From NCBI GenBank assembly GCA_043827405.1, contig JBDRPD010000092.1, positions 1 through 33,020 of the forward strand: a stretch of DNA of 33,020 bases. The letters are read 5' to 3'. Every line of letters starts with the position of its first letter. The stretch's first letter is position 1. The notes beneath the pieces were generated by a model. That model had not been told where the DNA came from. It saw nothing but the letters and a program-made list of their open reading frames with translations, and searched no databases. Below are positions 7,232 through 16,805 of the stretch, piece by piece. The position numbers were made by a program, and so were the translations under genes. This DNA comes from Elusimicrobiota bacterium. GTDB lineage: Bacteria; Elusimicrobiota; Elusimicrobia; UBA1565.

Positions 7232-10200
7232 TTGACCACCACGATCTTCTTGGTCTCGCTGATCCCTGGAGCTTCGATGTTCAGCAGGTAAATACCGCTG
7301 GCTACCGTGCTGCCCGCCCGGTTGACGCCGCTCCAGTCGAGCGCCCCCTTGCCGGCCGGCTGCTCCTCATCCATCAGCGTCAGGACATGCCGTCCGTCAA
7401 TGGTGAACAGCCGGACCCGCACCCGGCCGGCCGATGAAATCTCGTACTTAATCGTGGTCTTGCCGCCGTTGGCGGGAGTAAAGACGTTGTTCCAGGCCTT
7501 GATCGACGACTTCTGCGCCGTGAGGTGCAGCGCCGGCGAGAAACCCAGCGATTGCACGTGGCCCAGCAGGTTCTCGCCGAATATCTCGACATGCACGGAA
7601 CCTACCGCCGGGAAGCGCTGATCGAAACCCGACTGCAGACGCAGCTGTCCGGACACCGTTCCGAACGCGCTGACGGAGGAAAGCATGGTCAGATACGGCG
7701 CGGCGCCGTCCGACCGCGTCCTATCCAGCACGGTCAGCGTATGATCGCGCAGCTGCGCATGGTGAAAAATATAGTTCTGCTTGGTTACAAAGGAGGAAAC
7801 CGTCACCGCGAAATCGATGAGATCATTGTCGAAGGTCGCGTTGACGATGCTCGACGCGACGGGACCGGTGCGGTTGAAATCAGCGGTCAGCTCGTAAAAC
7901 TGCGCCGAGTTATTGCGCGACACAAAGCCCCCGTCGCTGGGCGGCGCCGACACGATGAGGTAGAACTGGTTGCTCGCGGGGTTGTCGTAGGTGAGAGTGA
8001 TGGACGGCGCCGAAGTCAGGCAGTCCAGACCCGGCGGTTCGGGGCAGAAGCCGGAGAAGGTCGGGTTCACATCCATCGGCGGATTGACCGTCGCGACTAC
8101 CTCATGGTCCTTGTCTACCAGGTTCATCGAATAGGCCAGGTAGCTGCCGGCCCCGGCGGGGTTCGCCGGCAGATTGAGCGTGACATTGAGCCGGCCCGGC
8201 CCGGCGCCGATCGCGTAGTAATCCAGGTCCCCTATCGAGTAGATGCGGGCACGGATGACCGCCGCAGTCGAGATATCGGTAGCCGTCTGCACGCCGTCAT
8301 TGGGTTCATAGATATCCTGATCCGACGGCGTCTGGGAGATGCCGTGCGCGGCGAAGTGCGCGATGATGCGCGATCTCACCGAGCTGTTAGGGCCGCAGGC
8401 GGGGGCGAGCGTCTGAGAACGGTCGCTGACCTCGATGAGGGCGTTGAGCATTTCCGAGAAGCTGTCCGGGAAGAAGAACAGGGCCTCGTAGACCAGGGTA
8501 TCCGCGCAGTCGAGCGCCGGCCCGGGCGCCGGCGGGTTGCTGACGAGGTCCTTGCGCAGGTCCCACAGCGCCTGGCTGACCATCAGGCTGTCGTCGTGGA
8601 TCAGCCCCGTCCAGTTGGTTGGGAAGGTGCGGTAGCAGGCCTGCCCCGAGGTGCAGTTGAGCTCACGGAAAGCGCCGTGCCCGCCCAGCGATGCCTGGGT
8701 ATAGCCGCCGATAGCGCTGATCTCCAGCGAGCTCCCCGCGAAGTAATCGGCGAGGCCTTCCGATATCGCTCCGTTCTGTCCGAAGTTGATGATCGGGTAG
8801 ATGCGATCGATGACAAAATGGACGTATTCGTGGCGCACCACCGTCGCATCGAGCGCGAAGCCGTTGCCCACGTCGCCGAACGCGAGATTCTTATGCACCG
8901 GGTCATAGAAGGCATTGGCCAGGTTCGGCCCCATGCGCGCCATAACCGGCAGCGGCACGTCGATGAAAGCCGAATTTACCCCCGAACTCACGCGCGTGCG
9001 GAAGTAGTCGTGCATGAGGTTGACCTGGTAGAAAAGGTTGACCTCGTCGCGTGAGCCGTCGATGGCGTGCGCCGTGGTCCAGGTAAACGACGCCGTCGCG
9101 TTGTCGGGGGTGGAGACGACGGAGTTATCCAGCGTCAGGTAGCTCGAGATGTCGATATCAAAGCCGTTGGCTACCCCGCTCTCGTCCGACTTCAGCCGGA
9201 TATTGTAGCGGTTGCCGGGAACTGTCGTTCCCATGAACGCTCCCAGGCTGCCGATGTAGGTAGCCACCGGGTTGCCGTCCGCGTCCAAGATCGCGACCTG
9301 GTCGTTGTCGAAGATATCCCCCAAGACGGCATCGAAGCTGCCGACTTTGAAGGTGGAAAAGTGCGGCATGGAAAGAACCGCCGCGCTGGGCAGCGTAATA
9401 GTCGATATCGTCAGCGTATTGCTGGCATAGGGGTGCGGCGACGACAGCGGCGTACCCGGCGTATTCCAGGTCCCGTTGCCGTTCTGGTAGTGGACGTTCG
9501 GCCCTTTGAAGTTGGCGACATGGGCATAGGGCCCCTGCAGCGTGGTGAATATCCGGCCCGGCGTGCCGCTGCAGAAGAAACCGTCGTCGTTGGTGCGCAC
9601 GAAGGTGCTGGCGTTCACGACATAAACCTTTTGATGCCGGATCGGGCGCGTAACCAAACCGGGAGGGGTATTGGGGTCAAGATCGAATACCTCGCCGCGC
9701 ACCGTGCCGGACGACTGGCATACCAGAGCGTAGCGCAGGTCGTTGTAGCGGAAGAGCAGCGCGCCGCTGTGCGCATCGACGTAGTAGAGCCAATTACCGC
9801 CCCGTCCGGAGACGCGGAACTTCCAGGCCAGGCGCACCGCGCTGCCGTCGCGCGGCGGGAAGAAGACGAGCGTGCCCCCGTCCGGCGTCCGGCCTTCGAG
9901 GTCCGCGGCCACCGTCGCGGCCGCGGCGGCCTGCGCCACCTGCGGCACCGGAGAGGCCGGAAGGTCCGCGCGGATGCTGGACTGCAGATTGATAATTTCG
10001 CCGTCCTCGGACAAATGGACCTTGAGGCTGGCAAACTCCACCGGCACGCCGGCGACGACCTGCTCGAACAGCAGATGGTGAAAGCCCCGGCTGGTGCGCG
10101 CCAGATTAAGCCGCAGCTCATCCGCTTGCAGACCCAGCTCGGCGCCGTGCTGGCGCAGGAAATCCCGGACTACATCCTCGGTCGCGCGGCGGGCGGCGCC

Positions 10201-10473
10201 GGCCGCCGGCGCGCTTACGCCCGCCGGCCCGAAGCTGAGACGGGCGGAGCGGCGGCTGGTTTGGTTAAAGCGCCGCAAAGCGGCGCTTTTGCGGACGGCG
10301 TCCAGCGCGGCCGCCGGCTGAGCCTGCGGCTTCCGGTCGAGCCCGAACCGGCGGGCGTCCGAACGGTGCTGCGGCTCGGGACGCACGGCCAGCGCGGTAT
10401 CGCTCAGACCCGCCGGCACGAGCAGTCCCAGCAGAAGAGCTAAAAGACCGCGGCGAACTGTTGTCGGTGGCAT
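7228..10473 (-). CDS. Secreted zinc metallopeptidase (M36/M4-like) with FTP/PepSY propeptide, CUB-like insert, PPC-like domain and FlgD-Ig/T9SS-like C-terminal domain
   Basis: Signal peptide. FEQVVAGVPV (FTP) and RLAWK..YYVDAHSG (PepSY). NAFY, HEYVH (8818-8832) and ISEGLADYF third-ligand motif. DIYEPND..DLDYY (PPC-like). C-terminus W.G.N..G..VASGIYLL..KKIVVVK. Confidence 0.88.
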   Translation of the reverse strand: MPPTTVRRGLLALLLGLLVPAGLSDTALAVRPEPQHRSDARRFGLDRKPQAQPAAALDAVRKSAALRRFNQTSRRSARLSFGPAGVSAPAAGAARRATEDVVRDFLRQHGAELGLQADELRLNLARTSRGFHHLLFEQVVAGVPVEFASLKVHLSEDGEIINLQSSIRADLPASPVPQVAQAAAAATVAADLEGRTPDGGTLVFFPPRDGSAVRLAWKFRVSGRGGNWLYYVDAHSGALLFRYNDLRYALVCQSSGTVRGEVFDLDPNTPPGLVTRPIRHQKVYVVNASTFVRTNDDGFFCSGTPGRIFTTLQGPYAHVANFKGPNVHYQNGNGTWNTPGTPLSSPHPYASNTLTISTITLPSAAVLSMPHFSTFKVGSFDAVLGDIFDNDQVAILDADGNPVATYIGSLGAFMGTTVPGNRYNIRLKSDESGVANGFDIDISSYLTLDNSVVSTPDNATASFTWTTAHAIDGSRDEVNLFYQVNLMHDYFRTRVSSGVNSAFIDVPLPVMARMGPNLANAFYDPVHKNLAFGDVGNGFALDATVVRHEYVHFVIDRIYPIINFGQNGAISEGLADYFAGSSLEISAIGGYTQASLGGHGAFRELNCTSGQACYRTFPTNWTGLIHDDSLMVSQALWDLRKDLVSNPPAPGPALDCADTLVYEALFFFPDSFSEMLNALIEVSDRSQTLAPACGPNSSVRSRIIAHFAAHGISQTPSDQDIYEPNDGVQTATDISTAAVIRARIYSIGDLDYYAIGAGPGRLNVTLNLPANPAGAGSYLAYSMNLVDKDHEVVATVNPPMDVNPTFSGFCPEPPGLDCLTSAPSITLTYDNPASNQFYLIVSAPPSDGGFVSRNNSAQFYELTADFNRTGPVASSIVNATFDNDLIDFAVTVSSFVTKQNYIFHHAQLRDHTLTVLDRTRSDGAAPYLTMLSSVSAFGTVSGQLRLQSGFDQRFPAVGSVHVEIFGENLLGHVQSLGFSPALHLTAQKSSIKAWNNVFTPANGGKTTIKYEISSAGRVRVRLFTIDGRHVLTLMDEEQPAGKGALDWSGVNRAGSTVASGIYLLNIEAPGISETKKIVVVK

Positions 10474-10483
10474 TGTTGTCGTA

Positions 10484-11620
10484 TCACTGGTCGCTGCGAC
10501 GGATGTTCCGGCTTTGCAAAAGCTTAACCACAGCGGCGGCGGCGCGCACGCGCACCGTCATATCCTTATCGCCCAAGGTGGATTGCAGCTGCTCGACCGC
10601 CTGCTCGCCGCCGGCGGCCTCGAGGACCTCCACCGCGAGCAGGCGCGCGTCCTGATCTTTTTTCTGCGCCAGCGCGAGAACCGCCGGCATCAGGCTCGTC
10701 GACTCTCCGAACCGCGCCAGCCCCGCGATGGCGTAGAGCTGGATCACCACATTATCGGCGGAGCTGAGGGCGCCGCGCAGCAGCGGGATCGCGTCGCTCG
10801 ACGGGATATTGCCCAGCGCTTCGACGGCATTTGCTTTGACGAGCGAATTCTCATCGTCCAGACCTTTCTTGAGCAGCGGGATCGCGCGCATATCCCGGGT
10901 AGCGCCCAGAGCGGTCATTACCGCGGCGCGCACCCGCGGTATCGGATCGGCGGCGGAGGACTTCAGATAGTCCACGGTGCCGCGGTTGGGCGCTTCGCCC
11001 AAAGCGCGGACGGCGCGCTCACGGATACCCGAATCGTCGTGGCCGAGCGCTTTGATGAAACCCTCGAGCGCGTCTTCATTACCCCGGCGCGCCAGGGCGA
11101 CGCTGGCGGCGTCGCGCACCGCGCCGTCGCGGTCGGCAAGAGTTTCGCGCAGAAAGGACTCGGAAGCCGCGCCCCGGCGGCTCAGCGCGTTGAGGGCGGC
11201 GACGCGGACCTTGTTGCGCGATATCGTCCGCAGCTGCAGGATCACCCCCAACTCCGTGCCCTCCTGCGGCGGCGGCGGCGCGGCGCGCACGATCTCCTTA
11301 AGCACCGCCAAGCCGCTGCTGTCCTCCAGCTGATACAGGCTCTCAGCGGCCGCGATGCGGACATAGTCGCTGGTGTCCCGCATCGCCTTTTGCAGCATCG
11401 AGACCGCCGCCTTGTTGCGCAGCGGCCCCCATTGCTTGACGGCCAGCAGGCGGACGTCGGAGTCCTTGTCGTTCATCGCTGAGTAGAGAATTTTCAAAGC
11501 TTTTGCCCCGGCTCCGTCTTGCCCCGGCGGCGTTTCGCCATGCGGCTGGGCCGCCTTAACGGCCGCGGCCAGGACTACTAGGGAGGATATAAGGAAAAAT
11601 TTACGAAAAGATGTCGGCAA
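10484..11620 (-). CDS. Exported HEAT-repeat (PBS-lyase-like) protein; start uncertain (TTG 11620 or ATG 11656)
   Basis: Many L.D.D..VR..A..AL repeats. Signal-like RKFFLISSLVVLAAAVKA. The ORF-track start at 11677 lies inside the tRNA, so it was rejected. Confidence 0.8.
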   Translation of the reverse strand: MPTSFRKFFLISSLVVLAAAVKAAQPHGETPPGQDGAGAKALKILYSAMNDKDSDVRLLAVKQWGPLRNKAAVSMLQKAMRDTSDYVRIAAAESLYQLEDSSGLAVLKEIVRAAPPPPQEGTELGVILQLRTISRNKVRVAALNALSRRGAASESFLRETLADRDGAVRDAASVALARRGNEDALEGFIKALGHDDSGIRERAVRALGEAPNRGTVDYLKSSAADPIPRVRAAVMTALGATRDMRAIPLLKKGLDDENSLVKANAVEALGNIPSSDAIPLLRGALSSADNVVIQLYAIAGLARFGESTSLMPAVLALAQKKDQDARLLAVEVLEAAGGEQAVEQLQSTLGDKDMTVRVRAAAAVVKLLQSRNIRRSDQ

Positions 11621-11668
11621 GTTTGCCGGAATGTTACCGTCGAATCGCCTAGGCATTATGGGTCGAAA

Positions 11669-11740
11669 TGCGCCCACCAGGACTCGAACCTGGACCAGCG
11701 GTTCCGAAGACCGCTACTCTATCCATTGAGCTATGGGCGC
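11669..11740 (-). tRNA. tRNA-Arg (anticodon TCG), CCA not encoded
   Basis: GCGCCCATAGCTCAATGGATAGAGTAGCGGTCTTCGGAACCGCTGGTCCAGGTTCGAGTCCTGGTGGGCGCA. Acceptor GCGCCCA/TGGGCGC, anticodon arm GCGGT-CT TCG GA-ACCGC, T-arm CCAGG-TTCGAGT-CCTGG, and A20 arginine identity base. Confidence 0.95.
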
Positions 11741-11749
11741 TTTAGAAGA

Positions 11750-11778
11750 AGGTTAATGCCCGCACGAAAATATGTCAA
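11750..11778 (-). promoter_or_regulatory. sigma70 promoter of tRNA-Arg (possibly also of the HEAT-peptidase-PorV operon)
   Basis: TTGACA (11778-11773)-17 nt-TAACCT (11755-11750), 9 nt before the tRNA 5' end. Confidence 0.8.
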
Positions 11779-11789
11779 TACTCGCTCTG

Positions 11790-12599
11790 TTACGCCTGCG
11801 TGTCCCGTGACTCGTCGACGTAAGGCTTTTTGACCCGATCCCGGGCCCGGAAGATAAGCCGGTCATAAAGCCATCCGGGAAGGTTATGCACAACATACAT
11901 CATCAGACATGACAGCTGCCACGGGAAATGCACCACGCGCCGCCGCCGCTCGATGCCGCGCAGCATACGCCGCACCCCATCCTCCGTCTCGAGCAGGAAT
12001 ATCATATCCTTGGGATTGTTGCGGTCGGTCATCTCGCTCTTGACGAATCCCGGGCATACGGTCACGACGTCCACCCCGGTCCCGCGCAGATCGACGCGCA
12101 CGGACTCCAGTAGGGATACCAACGCCGCCTTGCTCGCGCTGTAGGCGCCGGATTTCGGCAGGCCGCGGTAGGCGGCAAGACTGGCGACGCCGGCGATCAC
12201 GCCGCTCTTCGCGGCCAGCATATCCGGCAGGACGGCCTCGATCCAGTTGACGGCGCCGCCGACATTGGTAGCGAAGGTCCAATGGTAGTTCTCGGCGGTA
12301 AACTGCAGGGCGCTCTCCGAATCGCCGACCCCGGCGTTGAGCACGGCCCAATCCAGGCCGCCCCAAAGCCGCCGAATCTCGGCGTAGTGGCGTCTGACGG
12401 TTTTCCTATCGGTCACGTCACCGGCCAGCGTCAGCGCCTCACCGCCCGCCTCCCGTACCGCCCGCGCCGCCGCTTCGAGCTTGGCGGCGCGCCGCCCCGT
12501 CAGCGCCAGCCGGGCGCCGCGCCGCGCCAGCTGCACCGCAGCCTCACGGCCGAGCCCGGAGGTGGCGCCGGTAATAAGAACCCTGAGTCCCTGCGGCAT
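11790..12599 (-). CDS. Short-chain dehydrogenase/reductase (SDR)
   Basis: TGATSGLG, NAG, catalytic S and YSASK, CPGFVKS. GGGAGG SD upstream of ATG 12599. Confidence 0.92.
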   Translation of the reverse strand: MPQGLRVLITGATSGLGREAAVQLARRGARLALTGRRAAKLEAAARAVREAGGEALTLAGDVTDRKTVRRHYAEIRRLWGGLDWAVLNAGVGDSESALQFTAENYHWTFATNVGGAVNWIEAVLPDMLAAKSGVIAGVASLAAYRGLPKSGAYSASKAALVSLLESVRVDLRGTGVDVVTVCPGFVKSEMTDRNNPKDMIFLLETEDGVRRMLRGIERRRRVVHFPWQLSCLMMYVVHNLPGWLYDRLIFRARDRVKKPYVDESRDTQA

Positions 12600-12652
12600 G
12601 GTTCGATAACCTCCCATTTTTCCCCCCGCCCGGTCAAACAAACCCCGGTTTT

Positions 12653-12661
12653 TGTTAAAAT
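12653..12661 (+). promoter_or_regulatory. Extended -10 promoter of the yebC-ruv operon
   Basis: TG-T-TAAAAT, 9 nt before ATG 12671. No SD. Confidence 0.55.
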
Positions 12662-12670
12662 ATCATCGTT

Positions 12671-13423
12671 ATGAGCGGACATTCAAAGTGGGCGGGCATC
12701 AAGCACAAAAAGGCCGCCATTGACGCGAAGAAAGGCAAGGTGTGGACCAAGATCTCGCGCGAAATCACTATCGCCGCCAAGCTCAGCGGCGGCGACCCGG
12801 ACAGCAACCCCCGCCTGCGGCGATCCGTCGAAGACGCCCGCGCCGCGAACATGCCGGCGGACAACGTCAAACGCGCCATCCAGAAGGGGACCGGGGAGCT
12901 GCCCGGTTCGGTGTTCGAGGAGCTGACCTTTGAGGGCTTCGGACCCGGCGGCGTCGCGATCTATTGCGAGGGTTCGACGGACAACCGCAACCGGACGACG
13001 AGCGAAGTGCGTCATCTTTACGAGAAACACGGCGGCGGCCTCGGCACCTCGGGCTCGGTATCTTTTCTATTCGAACACCGGGGCTACCTCACCGTGAAGA
13101 AAAGCGCCCTGCCCGAGGAACAGCTCATGGAACTGGTGCTCGAGCTGGGCGCGGAGGACCTGAAGTCCGAAGACCCGGAGGTCTACGAGATCTTCACCTC
13201 CCCGGCGGATTTTGACCAGGTCAAGAGCGGCCTGCAGGGCAAAAGCATCGAGACGGAATCGGGTGAGATCACCATGATCCCGAAGACCACCGTACAGGTC
13301 GTCAAGGACAAGGTGGGGTCATTGCTGAAGCTCATCGAGGCGCTGGAAGACAACGACGACATCGCCCACGTCTACGCGAACTTCGATATTCCCGACGAGA
13401 TACTGGCGTCCTTGGAAAAGTGA
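12671..13423 (+). CDS. yebC: YebC/PmpR family protein
   Basis: MSGHSKWAGIKHKK, NPRLR, EGFGPGG, TDNRNRT, LEDNDDIAHVYAN. Canonical position before ruvC. Confidence 0.97.
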   Translation: MSGHSKWAGIKHKKAAIDAKKGKVWTKISREITIAAKLSGGDPDSNPRLRRSVEDARAANMPADNVKRAIQKGTGELPGSVFEELTFEGFGPGGVAIYCEGSTDNRNRTTSEVRHLYEKHGGGLGTSGSVSFLFEHRGYLTVKKSALPEEQLMELVLELGAEDLKSEDPEVYEIFTSPADFDQVKSGLQGKSIETESGEITMIPKTTVQVVKDKVGSLLKLIEALEDNDDIAHVYANFDIPDEILASLEK

Positions 13424-13965
13424 AGCCGGCGAACGGCGAGCCCACCCGCGTCCTGGGCGTCGATCCCGGCGTATCGGAGACCGGCTGGGCCGTCCTGGAA
13501 AGCGCCCCCGGCCGGGACACGCAGCTGGTGGCGAGCGGCCTGATCCGCACCAGCCCGCGAACGGAATTTCCCGAACGCCTGCGCGCCATCAACGAAAAAC
13601 TCTCCGGCGTGCTGGAAAAATATCGCCCGGACCGCTTCGCCATCGAGGAGATGTTTTTCTCCAAGGCGGCGCATACCATCCGGGCGACGCTGCAGACCCG
13701 CGGCGTAATCATCCTGGCCGCGGCCCAGAACGGCACGCCGGTGCACGAGTATAATCCGCGCCAGGTCAAGGCCGCCCTAACCGGCTCCGGCTCGGCGCCG
13801 AAGAGTCAGATGCAGAAGATGGTGCAGGCGACGCTCAAGCTGCGCGAGCGCCTGACGCCCGACGATATCGCCGACGCCGCGGCGATCGCCATATGCGACC
13901 TGCGGCTCGGCCGCATGAAATCGCTTAAAGTCCTCGGCCGGATCGGCGGAGGCGGAATAAAGTGA
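13420..13965 (+). CDS. ruvC: Holliday junction resolvase RuvC
   Basis: LGVDPG, AIEEMF, EYNPRQVK..LTGSG.A.K.QM and DDIADAAAIA catalytic motifs. Confidence 0.96.
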   Translation: MKPANGEPTRVLGVDPGVSETGWAVLESAPGRDTQLVASGLIRTSPRTEFPERLRAINEKLSGVLEKYRPDRFAIEEMFFSKAAHTIRATLQTRGVIILAAAQNGTPVHEYNPRQVKAALTGSGSAPKSQMQKMVQATLKLRERLTPDDIADAAAIAICDLRLGRMKSLKVLGRIGGGGIK

Positions 13966-14582
13966 TCGCCTACCTGAAGGGGCACCTGCTGGAGAAGACC
14001 GCCGACCGCGTCGTCATCGAGGCCGGCGGCGTCGGCTACGAGATATCGATCAATGCCTCGACCGCCGCGCGCTTGCCCGCAGCCGGCGCTCCCGCCGAAC
14101 TTTTCATATTCGAATCAGCGGGGATGTACGGCGGCAGCGTTTCCCTTTACGGCTTCCTCACCGGCGAAGAAAAGCAGATGTTCCTAACCTGCAAAACCCT
14201 GAAGGCGACGGGAGCGAAAAAGGCGCTCGAGTACCTCGACAAAACGGCGAAATCCCTGCCTGATTTCCGGCGCGCGATCATCGAGGGCGACGCCAAGGTC
14301 CTCAAGACGCTGTTCGGCTTCACCGCCAAGACCGCGGACAAGCTGATCTTGGGGCTCAAGGACAAGCTCGGCCGGGTGCAGATTTCCGGCGCGGAGAGGC
14401 TGCGCCGCGACAGCCGGGACAGCGCGCACAGCAGCACGCTCTCGCAGGCAATCCACGCCCTTGCCTCGCTGGGCTATACCCAAACCGAGTGCCGAACGGC
14501 GATCGAGGCCGTGCAGCGCGAGGAACTGCGGCCGGCTCGCGACGTCGCCGAGCTCGTACGGCTCGCTCTGCGGAGGCTGTAA
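13962..14582 (+). CDS. ruvA: Holliday junction branch migration protein RuvA (divergent)
   Basis: MIAYLKG, GGVGYEI, LYGF, LKDK, ALASLGY. Located between ruvC and ruvB. Confidence 0.93.
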   Translation: MIAYLKGHLLEKTADRVVIEAGGVGYEISINASTAARLPAAGAPAELFIFESAGMYGGSVSLYGFLTGEEKQMFLTCKTLKATGAKKALEYLDKTAKSLPDFRRAIIEGDAKVLKTLFGFTAKTADKLILGLKDKLGRVQISGAERLRRDSRDSAHSSTLSQAIHALASLGYTQTECRTAIEAVQREELRPARDVAELVRLALRRL

Positions 14583-14588
14583 AACGCC

Positions 14589-15620
14589 ATGGGCAAGAAA
14601 AAGGACGCGCTGCTGTCGAGCGAAAAGCTGCCGGATGAGGAGAGCGCGGACTACTCGCTGCGTCCCAAGCGTCTATCCGAGTTTGTCGGCCAGGACAAGC
14701 TCAAGAAGAACCTCAGGGTTTTCATCCAGGCGGCGTGCGGACGCAAAGAGGCGTTGGATCACTGCCTGTTCTACGCCCCCCCCGGTCTCGGCAAAACGAC
14801 GCTCGCCAATATCCTCGCCCGCGAGCTGGGCGTCAACCTGCGCACGACTTCGGGCCCGATGCTCAACCGCGTCGGCGATCTGGCGGCGATCCTGACCGAC
14901 CTCGACGACGGCGACGTACTGTTTATCGATGAGATCCACCGCCTCGGCCGGCTGGTTGAAGAGGCCCTGTACCCGGTCATGGAGGACTTCACGTTTTACA
15001 TCTCGACCGGTAAAGGGCCGATGGCTTCCACGGTCAAGCTCGCCATCAAGCGCTTCACGCTGGTCGGCGCGACGACCCGGGCCGGCCTGCTGACCGGGCC
15101 GCTGCGCGACCGCTTCGGCATCGTCGCCAACCTTGAATTCTACAGCGACGAGGAGCTGCAGCGGATCGTGCTGCGCTCATGCAATATTCTAAAAGTCAAA
15201 TCCGATCCCTCCGGCGCCGCCGAGATATCGCGGCGCAGCCGCGGCACCCCGCGCATCGCCAACCGCCTGCTGCGGCGGGTCCGCGACTTCGCCGAAGTGC
15301 AGGGCGACGGGATAATCACCCGCGAGCAGGCCGCCGGCGCCCTCGACTCTCTGGAAGTGGACGCCCTGGGCCTCAATGTCATGGACCGCAAGTTCCTGCA
15401 CGCCTTGGCCATGAAGTTCGACGGCGGCCCGGTCGGCGTAGACAACCTCGCGGTGGCCATCTCCGAGGAGGTCGACACGCTGACCGACGTGATCGAGCCG
15501 TTCCTGATCCAGTCGGGATTTCTCAAGCATACTCCGCGCGGCCGCGTCGCCACGGCGCGCGCCTTCAAGCACTTGGGGATAAAGCTTCCCCGCCGGCATG
15601 AGAAAGACTTGTTCGAATGA
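14589..15620 (+). CDS. ruvB: Holliday junction branch migration ATPase RuvB
   Basis: [56 protein letters not shown]. Confidence 0.98.
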   Translation: MGKKKDALLSSEKLPDEESADYSLRPKRLSEFVGQDKLKKNLRVFIQAACGRKEALDHCLFYAPPGLGKTTLANILARELGVNLRTTSGPMLNRVGDLAAILTDLDDGDVLFIDEIHRLGRLVEEALYPVMEDFTFYISTGKGPMASTVKLAIKRFTLVGATTRAGLLTGPLRDRFGIVANLEFYSDEELQRIVLRSCNILKVKSDPSGAAEISRRSRGTPRIANRLLRRVRDFAEVQGDGIITREQAAGALDSLEVDALGLNVMDRKFLHALAMKFDGGPVGVDNLAVAISEEVDTLTDVIEPFLIQSGFLKHTPRGRVATARAFKHLGIKLPRRHEKDLFE

Positions 15621-16801
15621 AGAGGAGCGGCGCTTCGATCCTCGCGCTCGCCTGCCTGCTCCAGCTGCCCGCGCCCAGCGCCGCGCCGGAGGCCGCTCCG
15701 CTGCCGACGCGCATCACCGAATCGATCATCGCCGTGGGCATCGTGCATCGGGCGGCCAACCTGCTCCTGCGCCCGATCGGGAACTTTTCCGTCATCGACC
15801 AAAGCACCGGCGAGCTGCAGAAGCTCAAGCACGGGACCCAATACCTGGTTGAGGCCGACGAGTCCCAGCGCCTGATCATCGGCAAGCACCTCTTCTTCGG
15901 GCCGACCCGCCTGCTCCCCGGCCAGCCCGGAGAGCACGTGCTGATCGAGAACCGCAAGTACCGCGGCAACATTCTGCTGCAGCCCAACAAGGACGCCACG
16001 GTCACCGCCATCGACGAGATGGGCATCGAGGAGTACCTGCTGGGCGTACTCCCCAAGGAGATGAACCCCGAGTGGCCCCTGGAAGCCCTGAAGGCGCAGG
16101 CCGTGGTCGCGCGCACTTTCGCGCTCAACAACCTCGGCAAGTTCTCCACCTCGGGCTACGACTTATCCGACGACTCCTTCAGCCAAATCTACAGCGGCCT
16201 GGAAGTGGAATCCGAGCGTGTCCAGCGCGCGGTGCGCGAGACGGCAGGACAGGTCCTGGCCTGGAACGGCAAACGGCTCGAGGTCTACTTCCATTCGACC
16301 TGCGGCGGTCATACGATCGATCCCGCAACGGCCTGGGGAACAGAACTTTCCTCCCGCCCCCCGAAGCCGCTGCGCGGCGTTCGCGACCGCTACTGCCGAT
16401 ACTCTCCGAGCTATCAGTGGGAGACCCACCTCGCATCCGACGACATTCTGCGTCACCTGGACCGCCACGGCATCAGCGCCGCGCGCCTGACGGACATCCG
16501 TGTCGGCCGCGAGCGAAAGCACGGCCATGCCTCAGCGCTGGAACTGAAACTGGACGGCAAATGGAAGAAGCTCAGCACCCACCGCTTCCGGCTCTGGGTC
16601 AACCCCGCCGAGCTCAAGAGCACGCATATCCGTGCGATCACGCGGCAGCGCAACGGCTTCCTGTTTAAAGGCCGCGGCTACGGGCACGGCGTCGGGCTAT
16701 GCCAATGGGGGGCGCGGGTGCAGGCGGTGAAGGGGCGCGGCTACCGGAAGATCCTCGAGCATTATTTCCCCGGCGCCAGCATCATCCGCGAGGAGCTCTG
16801 A
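15617..16801 (+). CDS. SpoIID/LytB-domain peptidoglycan lytic transglycosylase
   Basis: Signal peptide. [60 protein letters not shown]. Confidence 0.93.
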   Translation: MKRSGASILALACLLQLPAPSAAPEAAPLPTRITESIIAVGIVHRAANLLLRPIGNFSVIDQSTGELQKLKHGTQYLVEADESQRLIIGKHLFFGPTRLLPGQPGEHVLIENRKYRGNILLQPNKDATVTAIDEMGIEEYLLGVLPKEMNPEWPLEALKAQAVVARTFALNNLGKFSTSGYDLSDDSFSQIYSGLEVESERVQRAVRETAGQVLAWNGKRLEVYFHSTCGGHTIDPATAWGTELSSRPPKPLRGVRDRYCRYSPSYQWETHLASDDILRHLDRHGISAARLTDIRVGRERKHGHASALELKLDGKWKKLSTHRFRLWVNPAELKSTHIRAITRQRNGFLFKGRGYGHGVGLCQWGARVQAVKGRGYRKILEHYFPGASIIREEL

Positions 16802-16805
16802 GCGG

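Noticed and set aside
7525..11482. Long plus-strand ORFs (509, 458 and 322 aa)
   Set aside because: Antisense to the peptidase and HEAT genes, Arg-rich and without recognisable domains.
11669..11740. tRNA as an island integration site
   Set aside because: No integrase and no duplicated tRNA 3' end seen in the window, and composition looks uniform.
15617..16801. SpoIID as evidence of sporulation
   Set aside because: SpoIID/LytB homologues are widespread in non-sporulating diderms, and ruvB-spoIID-queA-tgt is a known gene order.
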